From: an uncultured Ileibacterium sp.
GTDB taxonomy: Bacteria; Bacillota; Clostridia; Peptostreptococcales; Anaerovoracaceae
Length of the DNA stretch: 64,000 nucleotides
Direction of reading: 5' to 3'
Assembly: GCA_902488835.1 (NCBI GenBank)
Contig: CABTXQ010000001.1
Location: 7,607 to 71,606, forward strand
Shown here: positions 9,806-20,313 of the stretch, in pieces
Layout of the letters: each line of letters opens with the position of its first letter
How positions within the stretch are numbered: position 1 is the stretch's first letter
The notes under the pieces: model-generated
What the model was told of the DNA's origin: nothing
Databases searched by the model: none
The model's input: the letters and a program-made list of their open reading frames with translations, nothing else
Made by a program: the position numbers and the translations under genes

Positions 9806-10204
9806 ATGAGTAAAAACTACAGACAGGGAAGGCTTTCGGAAGAGATAAAAAAGACTGTAAGCACTATGCTCGTTGATGGTATAAAAGAACCAAGGTTAAA
9901 AAACCGAATGATAACTGTATCAGGTGTAGAGGTTACAAATGATAACAGTTATGCATATATATATGTTATACCACTTGTTCTAAGAGATGAAGATAGAGAT
10001 GAAGTCTATATAGAAGTACTGGACGGATTCAAGAGAGCACAAGGAGTTTTTAGAAACAAGATAGCAAAGGATTACAGGCTTCATCATGCACCGGAGCTTG
10101 TATTTAGAATCGATAAATCAGAAGACTACGGTAGACATATAGATGAACTTCTTGATCAAATCGAAATTTCTGATAGAAAGGATATCGTAACCGATGTCAA
10201 ATAA
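9806..10204 (+). CDS. rbfA: Ribosome-binding factor A
   Basis: IKEPRL, ITVSGVEVTND, PELVFRIDKS; follows infB. Confidence 0.93.
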   Translation: MSKNYRQGRLSEEIKKTVSTMLVDGIKEPRLKNRMITVSGVEVTNDNSYAYIYVIPLVLRDEDRDEVYIEVLDGFKRAQGVFRNKIAKDYRLHHAPELVFRIDKSEDYGRHIDELLDQIEISDRKDIVTDVK

Positions 10205-11192
10205 TAATGATTCATATTCAAAAATTGCAGAAAAGATGAGGTCGTATGAACACGTCCTCATCTTTCCTCATATTCACCCTGATGGTGATGCACTAGGATC
10301 ATCAGGGGCACTTTGTAGGGCATTGAGGATTCTTGATATAGAGGCTTATGTCTTGGTAGATGAAAACTTTCCGCATAACTTTGATTTTTTAGATGAAGAT
10401 ATTTCTACATTTGATAATGAAGTTTTTAATGGGCTTGATTACCTTGCGGTTATGGTTGATTGTAGTGATACGAGCAGAATTTCAAATCGTTTAGATGTAT
10501 TTAAGTCAGCCAAAGAAAGAATCGTGATTGATCATCATATAACAGCATCGCCTGATTTTACACCGGATCTAATGAGAGTTGAACCTGACTCAGCTGCCAC
10601 AGGAGAATTGATATATTACATCATTAATGAGCTAGGCATCACAATGGACAAATACATATCCTATGCAATTTTTACAGCGATAACTACGGATACAGGGAAT
10701 TTTCAACACTCAAATACTACAGCAAGAAGTCACAAAATAGCTGCAGCACTCTATGATGTAGATGGATTTAATTCAAAGCCAGTAAGCAATCTGATATACA
10801 ACAGAGACTCTCTAAACTCGTTCGAACTTGAGAAGCTCGTAATGGACAGCATCAAGATATATGAGCAAGGAAAGATTATAATTGCTTTCATAACACAGGA
10901 AATGCTTAAGAAAACTAACACAGATATGAGTGAAACGGATAGATTTATCACCAAACTTATGACAATAGATGAGGTTGAGATTGCTGTAATTTTAAAGGAA
11001 AATCAAGCTAATCTAACAAAGGTAAGCCTAAGAGCTAAATCCTATGCTGATGTCTCAAAGCTAGCTGATAAATTCGGTGGAGGTGGGCACAAGAGGGCTG
11101 CAGGATTTAATCTTTCGGTTCCGCCGAAGGAAGCTCTTTCTTTAATTATTGATGATCTTAAAAAAGCTTTACGAAATGAATGGGATTATTAA
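10194..11192 (+). CDS. nrnA: DHH/DHHA1 phosphoesterase (NrnA-like oligoribonuclease/pAp phosphatase)
   Basis: HIHPDGDALGS, IDHH, TDTGNF, GGGGH. Confidence 0.9.
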   Translation: MSNNNDSYSKIAEKMRSYEHVLIFPHIHPDGDALGSSGALCRALRILDIEAYVLVDENFPHNFDFLDEDISTFDNEVFNGLDYLAVMVDCSDTSRISNRLDVFKSAKERIVIDHHITASPDFTPDLMRVEPDSAATGELIYYIINELGITMDKYISYAIFTAITTDTGNFQHSNTTARSHKIAAALYDVDGFNSKPVSNLIYNRDSLNSFELEKLVMDSIKIYEQGKIIIAFITQEMLKKTNTDMSETDRFITKLMTIDEVEIAVILKENQANLTKVSLRAKSYADVSKLADKFGGGGHKRAAGFNLSVPPKEALSLIIDDLKKALRNEWDY

Positions 11193-12129
11193 CATAGATA
11201 AGCCGAAAGGCTTCACATCACAAGATGCACTTAGAAAAATTAAAAACATTTTATACTCATATGGTGTTCGAGAGAAGATAGGACATACAGGAACCCTGGA
11301 TCCTATTGCAACAGGACTTTTAACTGTTTGTATAGGAAAAGCCACAAGGATAATAGAATATATGGGTGCAGATATAAAAACCTATGTTTGCACAATGAAG
11401 CTGGGAAAAAAGAGCGATACCTTGGATGCAACAGGAGAAATTCTCTTTGAAAAAGATTTTTCAAATGTATCTTATGAAGATATCAATAAGGCATTTAGCG
11501 AATATAAAGGAATAGTTGAACAAATCCCGCCAAAGTATTCAGCCTTGAAATATAAAGGGAAACCTTTGTACGAATACGCAAGAAAGGGCATCGATATTGA
11601 TATAGAAATCAAGAAACGAAAGGTGTTCATAAGGGATATTGAAATTTTGAATATTGATTTATCAAAGGGTGAAATCAAGTTCAAGGTTTCGTGTTCAAAG
11701 GGAACATATGTGAGGACGATTTCAGATGATATAGGAAATCAGCTTGGTTGTGGTGCTATAATGACTGAGCTGAGAAGGATTTCAAGCGGAGCATTTAGTA
11801 TTGATGATGCTTTTACCATAGAAGACATTGAATCCATCAATCTGAAGAATCTAACTAGTCTTTTTACTCTACCGGAAGAAGCACTTGTCAATCTTGGGAA
11901 GATCAATATCATGGATCAGTTTCTAAATAAATTCATAAATGGGGTGTCCGGTGAAAGTGATGATTATACCGTGATTAAAGAGCCGAAAACAGAGTTTCCT
12001 TTCAAAGTAGATTACGAGGTTAACTCATACATGATATACGATAAAGGCGAATTTATTGGAATCGGAGAGATTGACAATAATAAAAGATTAGTAGTCAAGA
12101 AGGTGATCAAAGGTTATGAAAATATTTAA
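11176..12129 (+). CDS. truB: tRNA pseudouridine(55) synthase
   Basis: IDKPKG, GHTGTLDP, QIPPKYSALK, CSKGTYVR. Start placed at ATG 11176 rather than the ORF-track start. Confidence 0.96.
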   Translation: MNGIINIDKPKGFTSQDALRKIKNILYSYGVREKIGHTGTLDPIATGLLTVCIGKATRIIEYMGADIKTYVCTMKLGKKSDTLDATGEILFEKDFSNVSYEDINKAFSEYKGIVEQIPPKYSALKYKGKPLYEYARKGIDIDIEIKKRKVFIRDIEILNIDLSKGEIKFKVSCSKGTYVRTISDDIGNQLGCGAIMTELRRISSGAFSIDDAFTIEDIESINLKNLTSLFTLPEEALVNLGKINIMDQFLNKFINGVSGESDDYTVIKEPKTEFPFKVDYEVNSYMIYDKGEFIGIGEIDNNKRLVVKKVIKGYENI

Positions 12130-13063
12130 TACAATTGATGAATGGGATGTTAAAGAACCTGTTGTAGTAGCACTCGGAAATTTTGACGGAGTTCACATAG
12201 GGCATCAAAAGCTTATTGGAACCTGTGTCAATCAAGCAAAAGAGATGGGGATAAAGTCTTTATGCTATACGTTTTCTAATCATCCAAAGAATTTAATTGC
12301 TAGGATAAACAACAAAGAAAAGGCAGTATCTCCCGTAAGATTTATCACAAGTAACGAGGAGAAATACGAATATATAGCTTCACTCGGGATAGATTACATC
12401 CTTTCAATACCTTTTGATAAGAAGACGATGATTACACCTGCAAATGAATTTATAACTAATGTTTTGATTGAAAAATTGAACGCAAAAGGCGTTTGCTGTG
12501 GGTTTAATTACAGTTTTGGAGCGAGAGGGGAGGGGACTTCCAGAACGCTTATCGGAAAGGGGAAGGAACTCGGGTTTCATACATACGTACAAAATCCCGT
12601 AGAAGTAGAAGGAGAGGTTGTAAGCTCAAGCCTTATAAGAAAGAATATTGAGTCAGGCAATATGATCAAAGCATCTAATCTTCTCGGACATCCATATAGG
12701 GTAAGTGGAGTTGTAATAGAGGGTAATAAGCTCGGAAGGTCGTTCGATATGCCAACTGCTAATATCAGTCTAGAAGCAGAAAGAATTGTACCTCCTAACG
12801 GAGTGTATTATACAAAGACTGAAATTGACGGTACCATATATAACAGCATATCGAATATAGGTGTTAAACCAACAATAGGAAATTATGCCAAGTCTATCGA
12901 AACAAATGTATTTGGATTTGACAAAAGCATATATGGAAAAAGGATAAAGGTAGAGTTCTTCCATTGGAAGAGGGAAGAAAAAAAGTTTGAAGAGATTGGA
13001 GATCTAATTGAACAGATGAGAATAGATGCACATGAAGCGGAAATATGGTGGAAAGAGCATTAA
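12116..13063 (+). CDS. ribF: Bifunctional riboflavin kinase/FAD synthetase
   Basis: ALGNFDGVHIGHQ, VSSSLIR, PTAN, NIGVKPT. Confidence 0.95.
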   Translation: MKIFNTIDEWDVKEPVVVALGNFDGVHIGHQKLIGTCVNQAKEMGIKSLCYTFSNHPKNLIARINNKEKAVSPVRFITSNEEKYEYIASLGIDYILSIPFDKKTMITPANEFITNVLIEKLNAKGVCCGFNYSFGARGEGTSRTLIGKGKELGFHTYVQNPVEVEGEVVSSSLIRKNIESGNMIKASNLLGHPYRVSGVVIEGNKLGRSFDMPTANISLEAERIVPPNGVYYTKTEIDGTIYNSISNIGVKPTIGNYAKSIETNVFGFDKSIYGKRIKVEFFHWKREEKKFEEIGDLIEQMRIDAHEAEIWWKEH

Positions 13064-13173
13064 TATCATTGAAAATCAAGCACTTTTGAATAGAATGATA
13101 GCTTAATAATAAAAACCAAATATTGATATATTTACAATAAAAAATGATGATAAAGTGAAGTAATTATGAAATA

Positions 13174-13210
13174 AAAAACACATAAATTTTTATTTATGTG
13201 TTTTTGTTTT
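13174..13210 (+). terminator. Probable terminator after ribF
   Basis: AAAAACACATAAAT-tttt-ATTTATGTGTTTTT; the stem is AT-rich. Confidence 0.55.
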
Positions 13211-13307
13211 TAATTTTATAAATCTATTTTAATAAATGGTAAAATTCAGATTGAATTTAACTTATATTTTCAATAAATTTCTGATGATTTATAAAAGGAG
13301 CGGACTT

Positions 13308-15086
13308 ATGAAACCGGTTTTCAAAAAAATGCAAAAACGTAGGGTTGCTTCCATTATTACCTTGGTGTGCATTTTTACAATGCTAACATCAATGGTCTCA
13401 TTTGGAATCAATGACTATACGACGTCAAATAATTCTTATGTCTCATTGTCACAATCTGAGTCAAGAAATGTACCTGCTGAGGATAATAAAGACTTTTCGC
13501 CTCGTAATGGCAATGGACTTGCTAGAGAAAATGGTACACTCTATTTTTATAAAAATGGGAATAAATGTGTTGATGGCTGGATTAAAGATGGTAAATTATT
13601 ATATTTTGCAGATCCTGATGGCAAACTTTATAATGATGTAAAAAAGACAATAGATGGTAATGAATACATATTTGACAGATCAGGAATTATGTATAAAGAC
13701 ATCTTTAAATTTAAAGGCGAGGCTTATTATGCAGGTAATGATGGAGTAATTCGCAAGAATTCATGGATCAACTTCAATGGAAATAGGTACTTTGCAAAAG
13801 AAGACGGCGTACTATATAGTAATACGATAATTAACATTGATGGGAATAATTACGCATTTGACACTTATGGTCGTCTTTATACGGGTATTTTCTTTAATGG
13901 AGATAAAAAGTATATTTCGAGAGAAAATGGTATTCTTAAGGTATCTGAATGGTCCGAAATAGATGGATGCAAGTATTACTCTAAGTCTGACGGTACACTT
14001 GCTGCAAATGAATCTTTAGAAATTAACAATGTCTCATACTCATTTAGTAAAGATGGTAAACTCATTGTAGCTAACTGGATAAATTCTGAAGACGGATATT
14101 CTTACTATATGGGTAATGATGGTTCACTATATAAAAATGGAGTATTCAATATAGACAATAAGCTCTATGGATTTGATACAAAAGGAAGAAAACTGATAGG
14201 ACTATTCAATATCAATAGTGAGAAATACTATGCCGATAAAAATGGAGTTATAAGTAAAAATTCATGGAATTTGGTAGATGGGAAATATTATTATTCCAAT
14301 AATGATGGAAAGTTAATGAAAAATGGAATTCATAATATTAACAATACTGATTATGCATTCAATAATGATGGTTCTGCAATAAGTGGATTATTTACACATG
14401 ATAATAAGCAATACATAGCATCTGAAAAAGGTGAAGTGCTTAAAAACGGTATAAAAAAATACAATGGTAAATCTTATTATGCCAGCACAGATGGACATAT
14501 ATTTAAGAATACATTAATTACATTTGGACCACCTAAATACTTTGCTAAAGAAGATGGAACATTAGCATGTAATGAGACGATAAGATACGGTGGGAGAACC
14601 TATAAGTTCGATAATAATTGCGAGATAGTTAAAGATTATAGCTTACATGAAAGAATCATTGAGGCTGCAAGAAATGAGATAGGGACAAAGACAGGTAAAA
14701 AATACTGGGATAACTTGTTCAATGGATCACCAGGCTATGTAAATGGTGACAGTACACCATGGTGTGCATGCTTTGTTAAATGGTGTTTTGATAAAATAGG
14801 TGAAGGAAGCAGAATTAGTGGTGTTAAAAATAAGGCATATGTACCTTCGTATAGAGCATGGGGTCAGAGCAATGGCTTATGGACAAACACACCTTCTCCG
14901 GGAGATATCATTATATTCAGGTATTCTCCTTCTTCAAGTGGATCACATATAGGATTTGTTGAGAGTGTAAATGGTAATAGCATTACAACTGTTGAGGGAA
15001 ACACAGGAAGGTCATACCACGGAGAGGTAAAACGTAATACTTACAATATTAATAGCAGTTATATTTTTGGTTTCATTCATTATTAA
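13308..15086 (+). CDS. Secreted cell-wall-binding repeat protein with C-terminal CHAP peptidoglycan hydrolase domain
   Basis: AAGGAG RBS before ATG 13308; basic-then-hydrophobic signal peptide; many ~20-aa aromatic/Gly repeats (W/I-x4-G-x-x-Y-Y/F-x3-DG); CHAP motifs PWCACFV, HIGFVE, TVEGNT. Confidence 0.85.
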   Translation: MKPVFKKMQKRRVASIITLVCIFTMLTSMVSFGINDYTTSNNSYVSLSQSESRNVPAEDNKDFSPRNGNGLARENGTLYFYKNGNKCVDGWIKDGKLLYFADPDGKLYNDVKKTIDGNEYIFDRSGIMYKDIFKFKGEAYYAGNDGVIRKNSWINFNGNRYFAKEDGVLYSNTIINIDGNNYAFDTYGRLYTGIFFNGDKKYISRENGILKVSEWSEIDGCKYYSKSDGTLAANESLEINNVSYSFSKDGKLIVANWINSEDGYSYYMGNDGSLYKNGVFNIDNKLYGFDTKGRKLIGLFNINSEKYYADKNGVISKNSWNLVDGKYYYSNNDGKLMKNGIHNINNTDYAFNNDGSAISGLFTHDNKQYIASEKGEVLKNGIKKYNGKSYYASTDGHIFKNTLITFGPPKYFAKEDGTLACNETIRYGGRTYKFDNNCEIVKDYSLHERIIEAARNEIGTKTGKKYWDNLFNGSPGYVNGDSTPWCACFVKWCFDKIGEGSRISGVKNKAYVPSYRAWGQSNGLWTNTPSPGDIIIFRYSPSSSGSHIGFVESVNGNSITTVEGNTGRSYHGEVKRNTYNINSSYIFGFIHY

Positions 15087-15096
15087 GTAAAAAGCG

Positions 15097-15132
15097 AAGC
15101 TTGTCTACTATAAAAAGTGTAGACAAGCTTTA
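15097..15132 (+). terminator. Hairpin after the CHAP gene, overlapping the rpsO -35
   Basis: AAGCTTGTCTAC-N10-GTAGACAAGCTT, 12-bp perfect stem. Confidence 0.65.
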
Positions 15133-15148
15133 TGCTTTATGATAGACT
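15120..15148 (+). promoter_or_regulatory. Sigma-A promoter of rpsO
   Basis: TAGACA-N17-TAGACT with TGn extension. Confidence 0.55.
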
Positions 15149-15162
15149 AGCTGAGGAATGTT

Positions 15163-15216
15163 AACGTACCTTAGCTTTTGCAATTTGCAGCTCCGGCGAT
15201 TGCGATGCTTTGGTGA
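15163..15216 (+). promoter_or_regulatory. Putative S15 ribosomal protein leader (autoregulatory RNA)
   Basis: Long imperfect stem (ACC..AGC..TTGCAATT / GATTGCGA..GCT..GGT) with a CTCC-containing loop in the rpsO 5' UTR, resembling Firmicute S15 leaders. Confidence 0.5.
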
Positions 15217-15259
15217 ATATATTGCAATAATTAGGCAATAGAAGAATAGGAGGTTTAAT

Positions 15260-15526
15260 ATGTTATCAAAAGAGAAGAAAGCAGAAATTATCAAGGAATA
15301 TGCTATAAAGGAGGGCGATACAGGTTCTCCTGAGGTACAGATAGCTATTCTGACATATAGGATTAATGATTTGAATGATCATTTTAAAGCACATCCAAAG
15401 GATAATCATTCAAGAAGAGGCTTGCTTAAGATGGTCGGTCAAAGAAGAAACATGCTTAGATATTTGAAAGATACTGATATCGAGAGGTATAGAACGCTTA
15501 TATCACGTCTCGGACTCAGGAAATAA
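15260..15526 (+). CDS. rpsO: 30S ribosomal protein S15
   Basis: [32 protein letters not shown]. Confidence 0.99.
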   Translation: MLSKEKKAEIIKEYAIKEGDTGSPEVQIAILTYRINDLNDHFKAHPKDNHSRRGLLKMVGQRRNMLRYLKDTDIERYRTLISRLGLRK

Positions 15527-15541
15527 TACTTACAAAATTTT

Positions 15542-15567
15542 GAGCGGGAATTTCCCCGCTCGTTTTA
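15542..15567 (+). terminator. Intrinsic terminator after rpsO
   Basis: GAGCGGG-aatttc-CCCGCTC followed by GTTTT. Confidence 0.8.
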
Positions 15568-15608
15568 TATTTTTTAACTACAATTAACAGGAGGGAGTTG
15601 TTAATTAA

Positions 15609-17723
15609 ATGGGAAGGTTTACAGATTATAAGGTTTTTAAATATCCGCTTGCAGGAAGATTGCTTCAGCTTGAAGTAGGCAAATATGCCGAGCAGGCTAA
15701 TGGTGCGGTTATGGTTAAATATGGGGATACTTCGGTTCTTTGTACAGCTGTTGCTTCTAAGGAAGCAAAGGAGGGAGTAGATTTTTTCCCATTAAGTTGT
15801 AATTATGAAGAGAAAATGTATGCTGTTGGGAAGATACCAGGCGGATATATCAGAAGAGAGGGAAGACCCGGCGAGCATGGAACTCTGACATCAAGGCTTA
15901 TGGATAGACCACTGAGACCTCTTTTCCCAAAAGGATATAGGAATGAAGTTTCAGTAATTGCAACTGTAATGAGTGTTGATCATGATTGTTCTCCTGAGAT
16001 TTCGGCTATGATAGGTTCATCCGTAGCATTGGCTATCTCGGATATTCCATGGGATGGCCCTACAGGATCGGTAAAAGTTGGAAGGGTGGACGGAGAGTTT
16101 GTAATCAACCCTGATACAAATAAAAGACAGATTTCAGATATAGATCTTACCGTTGCAGGAACAGAAGAAGCGATTATGATGGTTGAAGCGGGTGCTCGTG
16201 AAGTTCCTGAAATGGATATGCTTGATGCTATTATGTTCGCTCATGAAGAGATAAAAAAGCTCTGCAAATTCATTAAAGAAGTTGTAAGTGAGGTCGGACT
16301 AGCAAAATCAGAATACAAGGTATTTAAGCCGGGAGAAGATGTGGAAGCTGCAGTAAGAGAGTATTCCACAAACAAGATGATAGAAGCTATAAAGACCTTT
16401 GACAAGCAGGAAAGAATTGTCAATATGGATGCTGTATCTGAAGATGCAGTTCTTAGATTTGAAGAAGAATTCCCTGAGAGAGAAGAGGAAATAAAAGACG
16501 TAATACATACAATAAAAAAAGAAGAAGTACGTCGAATGATTCTTGATGAAGGAAAGAGACCAGATGACAGAACTCTTGAGGAGATTAGACCTCTTTGGTC
16601 GGAAACAGGATTACTTCCAAGGGCACATGGTTCAGGACTATTTAAGAGAGGACAGACCCAGGCATTTTCAGTTGCAACAATTGCACCTTTAAGTGAAAAA
16701 CAATACCTTGACAGCATAGATATTGATAGACCAACAAAAAGATATATGCATCAATATAATTTCCCGGGTTATTCGACAGGAGAACCTAAATCTCCTCGTT
16801 CACCGGGCAGAAGAGAAATAGGACATGGAGCACTTGCTGAGAGAGCTCTCATACCAGTGCTTCCAGATGAAGAAGAATTTCCTTATACAATAAGGGTAGT
16901 TTCTGAAGTATTATCATCCAATGGTTCTTCATCTATGGCATCAACTTGTGGTTCAACTTTGGCACTTATGGATGCAGGAGTTCCAATAAAAAAACCTGTA
17001 TCAGGAATTGCTATGGGATTGATTGAAAGGGTTAATGATGACGGAACAAGCGATTATGCAATTTTAAGTGATATTCAAGGAATGGAAGATTTCCTAGGAG
17101 ATATGGATTTTAAGGTAACAGGTACGGAGGACGGTGTAACAGCAATGCAGATGGATATAAAAGTCCACGGTCTTTCAAGAGAAATCCTTGAAAAAGCTCT
17201 TATTCAGGCTAAGGTTGGAAGAGCACACATATTAAAGAATATGCTTGAAGAGATAAGTGCACCAAGAAAGGAACTTTCTCCATATGCTCCAAGGTGTATA
17301 TCTATGCGTGTTGACCCTGATAAGATAAGACTTGTAATTGGTCCTGGAGGAAAGAACGTCAACAAAATCGTTGAAGAAACGGGATGCAAAATCGATATAT
17401 CCGATGATGACGTAGGCCTTATCATGATATATAGTGAGGATAAAGAAGGAGCTGAGAAGGCTAAGAAGATGATAGATTATCTTACTGCTGATGTCGAAGT
17501 CGGTAAGGTATATGAAGGAGAAGTAAAAAGGATAATGAATTTCGGTGCTTTTATCGAAATATTACCTGATAAAGAAGGGCTACTCCACATATCAAAGATT
17601 TCAGATAAGAGAATTGATAAGGTTACCGATGTTTTGAATATTGGTGATAAAGTTGAGGTAAAGGTAACAGAAATAGATAGTCAGAACAGGATAAATCTAA
17701 CGAGAAAAGACTTAAATAAGTAA
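15609..17723 (+). CDS. pnp: Polyribonucleotide nucleotidyltransferase (PNPase)
   Basis: DFFPLSCNYEEK, RLMDRPLRPLF, RREIGHG, SNGSSSMAS, GDMDFKV, KH and S1 domains. Confidence 0.98.
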   Translation: MGRFTDYKVFKYPLAGRLLQLEVGKYAEQANGAVMVKYGDTSVLCTAVASKEAKEGVDFFPLSCNYEEKMYAVGKIPGGYIRREGRPGEHGTLTSRLMDRPLRPLFPKGYRNEVSVIATVMSVDHDCSPEISAMIGSSVALAISDIPWDGPTGSVKVGRVDGEFVINPDTNKRQISDIDLTVAGTEEAIMMVEAGAREVPEMDMLDAIMFAHEEIKKLCKFIKEVVSEVGLAKSEYKVFKPGEDVEAAVREYSTNKMIEAIKTFDKQERIVNMDAVSEDAVLRFEEEFPEREEEIKDVIHTIKKEEVRRMILDEGKRPDDRTLEEIRPLWSETGLLPRAHGSGLFKRGQTQAFSVATIAPLSEKQYLDSIDIDRPTKRYMHQYNFPGYSTGEPKSPRSPGRREIGHGALAERALIPVLPDEEEFPYTIRVVSEVLSSNGSSSMASTCGSTLALMDAGVPIKKPVSGIAMGLIERVNDDGTSDYAILSDIQGMEDFLGDMDFKVTGTEDGVTAMQMDIKVHGLSREILEKALIQAKVGRAHILKNMLEEISAPRKELSPYAPRCISMRVDPDKIRLVIGPGGKNVNKIVEETGCKIDISDDDVGLIMIYSEDKEGAEKAKKMIDYLTADVEVGKVYEGEVKRIMNFGAFIEILPDKEGLLHISKISDKRIDKVTDVLNIGDKVEVKVTEIDSQNRINLTRKDLNK

Positions 17724-17747
17724 AACAAAATATAGTGGTGAAATGAA

Positions 17748-19685
17748 ATGAAGACAATTATATTTACTAAGAAACGGGCAAAAAAGGCTACATTTTTATA
17801 CATATTATTGTGTTCATTTCTTTTTATTTTTCTAGGTCTAGTCGATGTTTATGCTGATACGCCTGAATATAACACAGATGAATATAATATCAATATAGTC
17901 ATAAACAAGGACAACACATTTGAATACACCGAAATGATAGATGTAGATTTCAAGACTCCTAGTAGAGGTATATATAGGAATATTCCTCTTAGCGGGAGAT
18001 ATTCAATAAAAGATATTAAAGTTAATGGCTATGATTACAAGGTCTTTAATAAGAATAGGAACAAGGTAATAAGAATTGGTTCTCCTGATAAATTTATTGA
18101 AGGTAAAAAGCAATACACTATTAAATACACTATTAAAGGTTATTATCAATCTAAAGGAGATTATCTATATCTTGATGTCTTTCCTTCCGGCTGGGAAACT
18201 CCTATAGGAAAAGTAAATGCACATATTAAATTTCCGAAAGATTTTCCTATGAATAATTTAAAGATATATTCTGGGAAGTATGGAGATAAAGACTTATACT
18301 ATGGAGACATAAATATTGATAAAGATAATAAAACAGTTGATTTTTATGCTGAAAATATGCCTGATAATATAGGTGTAACAATTGGAACAGATTTGCCAAA
18401 TAATTATTGGCAGGATGTGAATAAAAAGGGTGGTTTTACATCATTAATAATCTTGCTTTCCCTTATAGCTATCGTAGCTTTAAGACTAACGGCTGGAAGG
18501 AATCCGCGAATCACAGAGGTTGTTGAATTTAATCCACCTGAAGACATGACACCTTTAGATATAGGATATGTTATCGACGGAACGGTAGATAAAAAAGATA
18601 TATCATCAATGATATTTTATCTTGCTAACAAGGGATATATAACCATTAAGGAGGTTGCAGAAAACAGCTTTGAATTCATTCTAAGGGATTATCCTAAAGA
18701 TGAAAAAAATTCGGTAAAATTGTTCTTTGACGGTATCTTCAATGACGGTGCATCAGAAGGGCAGGAAGATATAGGCAAAACAGTAGATCCGGAAAAAATA
18801 GGTTCAGGTGTAGCTGATAAGCTCGTTGATATTACAGGCGCTGTTGAAGCTCAGTTTGTTGGTGAAAATAAAATCTTTTCTAAAAAATCAAAGACAGCAG
18901 ATATTGTATCTAAAACGATATTTTTCATTGCGAATATATTAGTTTATATTGTATATAAATTTTATACCGGGATTGATACAGATGAACCGGTTTCAGTCTT
19001 TGTAGAGATATTTTTTGGATTATTATTTGCTTCAATTATTACGGCAGGAATGTTTTACTTTGTAAGGTTATATTACAGGAAGTACTCTGGGAAAAAGGCA
19101 TCTACTGGATTAAAACTCACCCTTTTCTCACTCCCATACATCCTTATCTCATTTGGTATGGCGTACTTTACCTGTGTTCGTGAGAGCTCAATTGATAGTA
19201 TTAAGGTGTTCACCGTGTATATGATGTTTTTAATAGCTTCGCCTATTTTTATATCAGGAATGAGAAGTAGAACAAGTGAAAATGCAAGGTTAATGGGTAG
19301 AATACTTGGGTTTAAGAATTTTATTTCCACTGCTGAAATTGCAAAGCTTGAGGAACTGATTGAGGGGGATCCTGATTACTTCTATAATATTCTTCCATAT
19401 GCTTATATATTTGGATTGACAAAAAAATGGGCAAATAAGTTTGATAATATTTTGGATGATAAACATCCTGACTGGTATGAATCTTATAAAAATGTATATG
19501 TGCCTGGATTAATGAATACAGCTTATTTTGCGACCATGATGAATAGTGTTTCAAAAGACATGATTGGCACTATGAATATTAAGGATACTGATGGATTTGG
19601 CGGCTTCTCGGGAGGCGGATTCTCAGGAGGTGGCGGTGGCTTTACTGGAGGCGGCTTCGGTGGAGGCGGCGGTGGAGCTTGGTAG
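17748..19685 (+). CDS. DUF2207 family membrane protein
   Basis: Signal peptide, RGIYRNIP, PPEDMTP, GFKNFI, ILPYAYIFG, C-terminal GGGFGGGGGGAW; adjacent to lemA. Confidence 0.88.
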   Translation: MKTIIFTKKRAKKATFLYILLCSFLFIFLGLVDVYADTPEYNTDEYNINIVINKDNTFEYTEMIDVDFKTPSRGIYRNIPLSGRYSIKDIKVNGYDYKVFNKNRNKVIRIGSPDKFIEGKKQYTIKYTIKGYYQSKGDYLYLDVFPSGWETPIGKVNAHIKFPKDFPMNNLKIYSGKYGDKDLYYGDINIDKDNKTVDFYAENMPDNIGVTIGTDLPNNYWQDVNKKGGFTSLIILLSLIAIVALRLTAGRNPRITEVVEFNPPEDMTPLDIGYVIDGTVDKKDISSMIFYLANKGYITIKEVAENSFEFILRDYPKDEKNSVKLFFDGIFNDGASEGQEDIGKTVDPEKIGSGVADKLVDITGAVEAQFVGENKIFSKKSKTADIVSKTIFFIANILVYIVYKFYTGIDTDEPVSVFVEIFFGLLFASIITAGMFYFVRLYYRKYSGKKASTGLKLTLFSLPYILISFGMAYFTCVRESSIDSIKVFTVYMMFLIASPIFISGMRSRTSENARLMGRILGFKNFISTAEIAKLEELIEGDPDYFYNILPYAYIFGLTKKWANKFDNILDDKHPDWYESYKNVYVPGLMNTAYFATMMNSVSKDMIGTMNIKDTDGFGGFSGGGFSGGGGGFTGGGFGGGGGGAW

Positions 19686-19725
19686 TTAATAGTTTCTCGT
19701 ACTATAGATTATAAGGAGGGTAAAA

Positions 19726-20292
19726 ATGATTTTTGGAATTGTAATAGCAGTGATTATATTAGTTGTATTATTGATGTTTTTATCAATATATAATAGCTTT
19801 GTCAGATTAAAAAATGACGTCGAGGAAGGATTTGCTACTATGGACGTTTATTTGAAAAAAAGATTTGATCTGATCCCAAATTTGGTAGAAACAGTTAAAG
19901 GTTACGCTATTCACGAAAAAGAAGTTCTTGAAAACGTGACAAAGGCAAGAAGTGCAGTGAGCAATGCATCTAGCACAGAGGAGAGAGTTGATGGAGAAAA
20001 TCAAATTACATCAACCCTCAAGACTTTATTTGCAGTGGCAGAAGCATATCCTGATCTAAAGGCTAATTCAAACTTTCAAAGTTTGATGGAGCAATTACAG
20101 GGAATTGAAGGGGATATTGCAAATTCTAGGAAATACTACAATGCCGTTGTAAAAAAATACAATGTAAAAATAGAATCATTCCCATCAAATATAGTTGCTT
20201 CTATATTCAATTATACAAAGAAACCAATGTTTGAAATCACTGATGAAACTGAACGCCAGAATATAAAGGTTGATTTCGGTTCTGCTAATTAA
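19726..20292 (+). CDS. lemA: LemA family protein
   Basis: N-terminal TM, YNSFV, LKKRFDLIPNLVETVKGYA, AEAYPDLKAN, FPSNIVA. Confidence 0.96.
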   Translation: MIFGIVIAVIILVVLLMFLSIYNSFVRLKNDVEEGFATMDVYLKKRFDLIPNLVETVKGYAIHEKEVLENVTKARSAVSNASSTEERVDGENQITSTLKTLFAVAEAYPDLKANSNFQSLMEQLQGIEGDIANSRKYYNAVVKKYNVKIESFPSNIVASIFNYTKKPMFEITDETERQNIKVDFGSAN

Positions 20293-20313
20293 TAAGAAAG
20301 CTCGTGTATATAA

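Noticed and set aside
13064..13090. TTGAAAATCAA near-palindrome after ribF, considered as an FNR-like or recombination site
   Set aside because: Spacing does not match TTGAT-N4-ATCAA, it is short and expected by chance in AT-rich DNA, and no integrase is nearby.
13500..14620. Repetitive region that could be taken for a CRISPR or VNTR
   Set aside because: The repeats are at the protein level and degenerate in DNA; there are no identical direct repeats with spacers.
19592..19682. GC-rich GGC/GGA/GGT tandem-like repeats
   Set aside because: They encode the normal Gly-rich C terminus of DUF2207 proteins; not a CRISPR or DNA repeat element.
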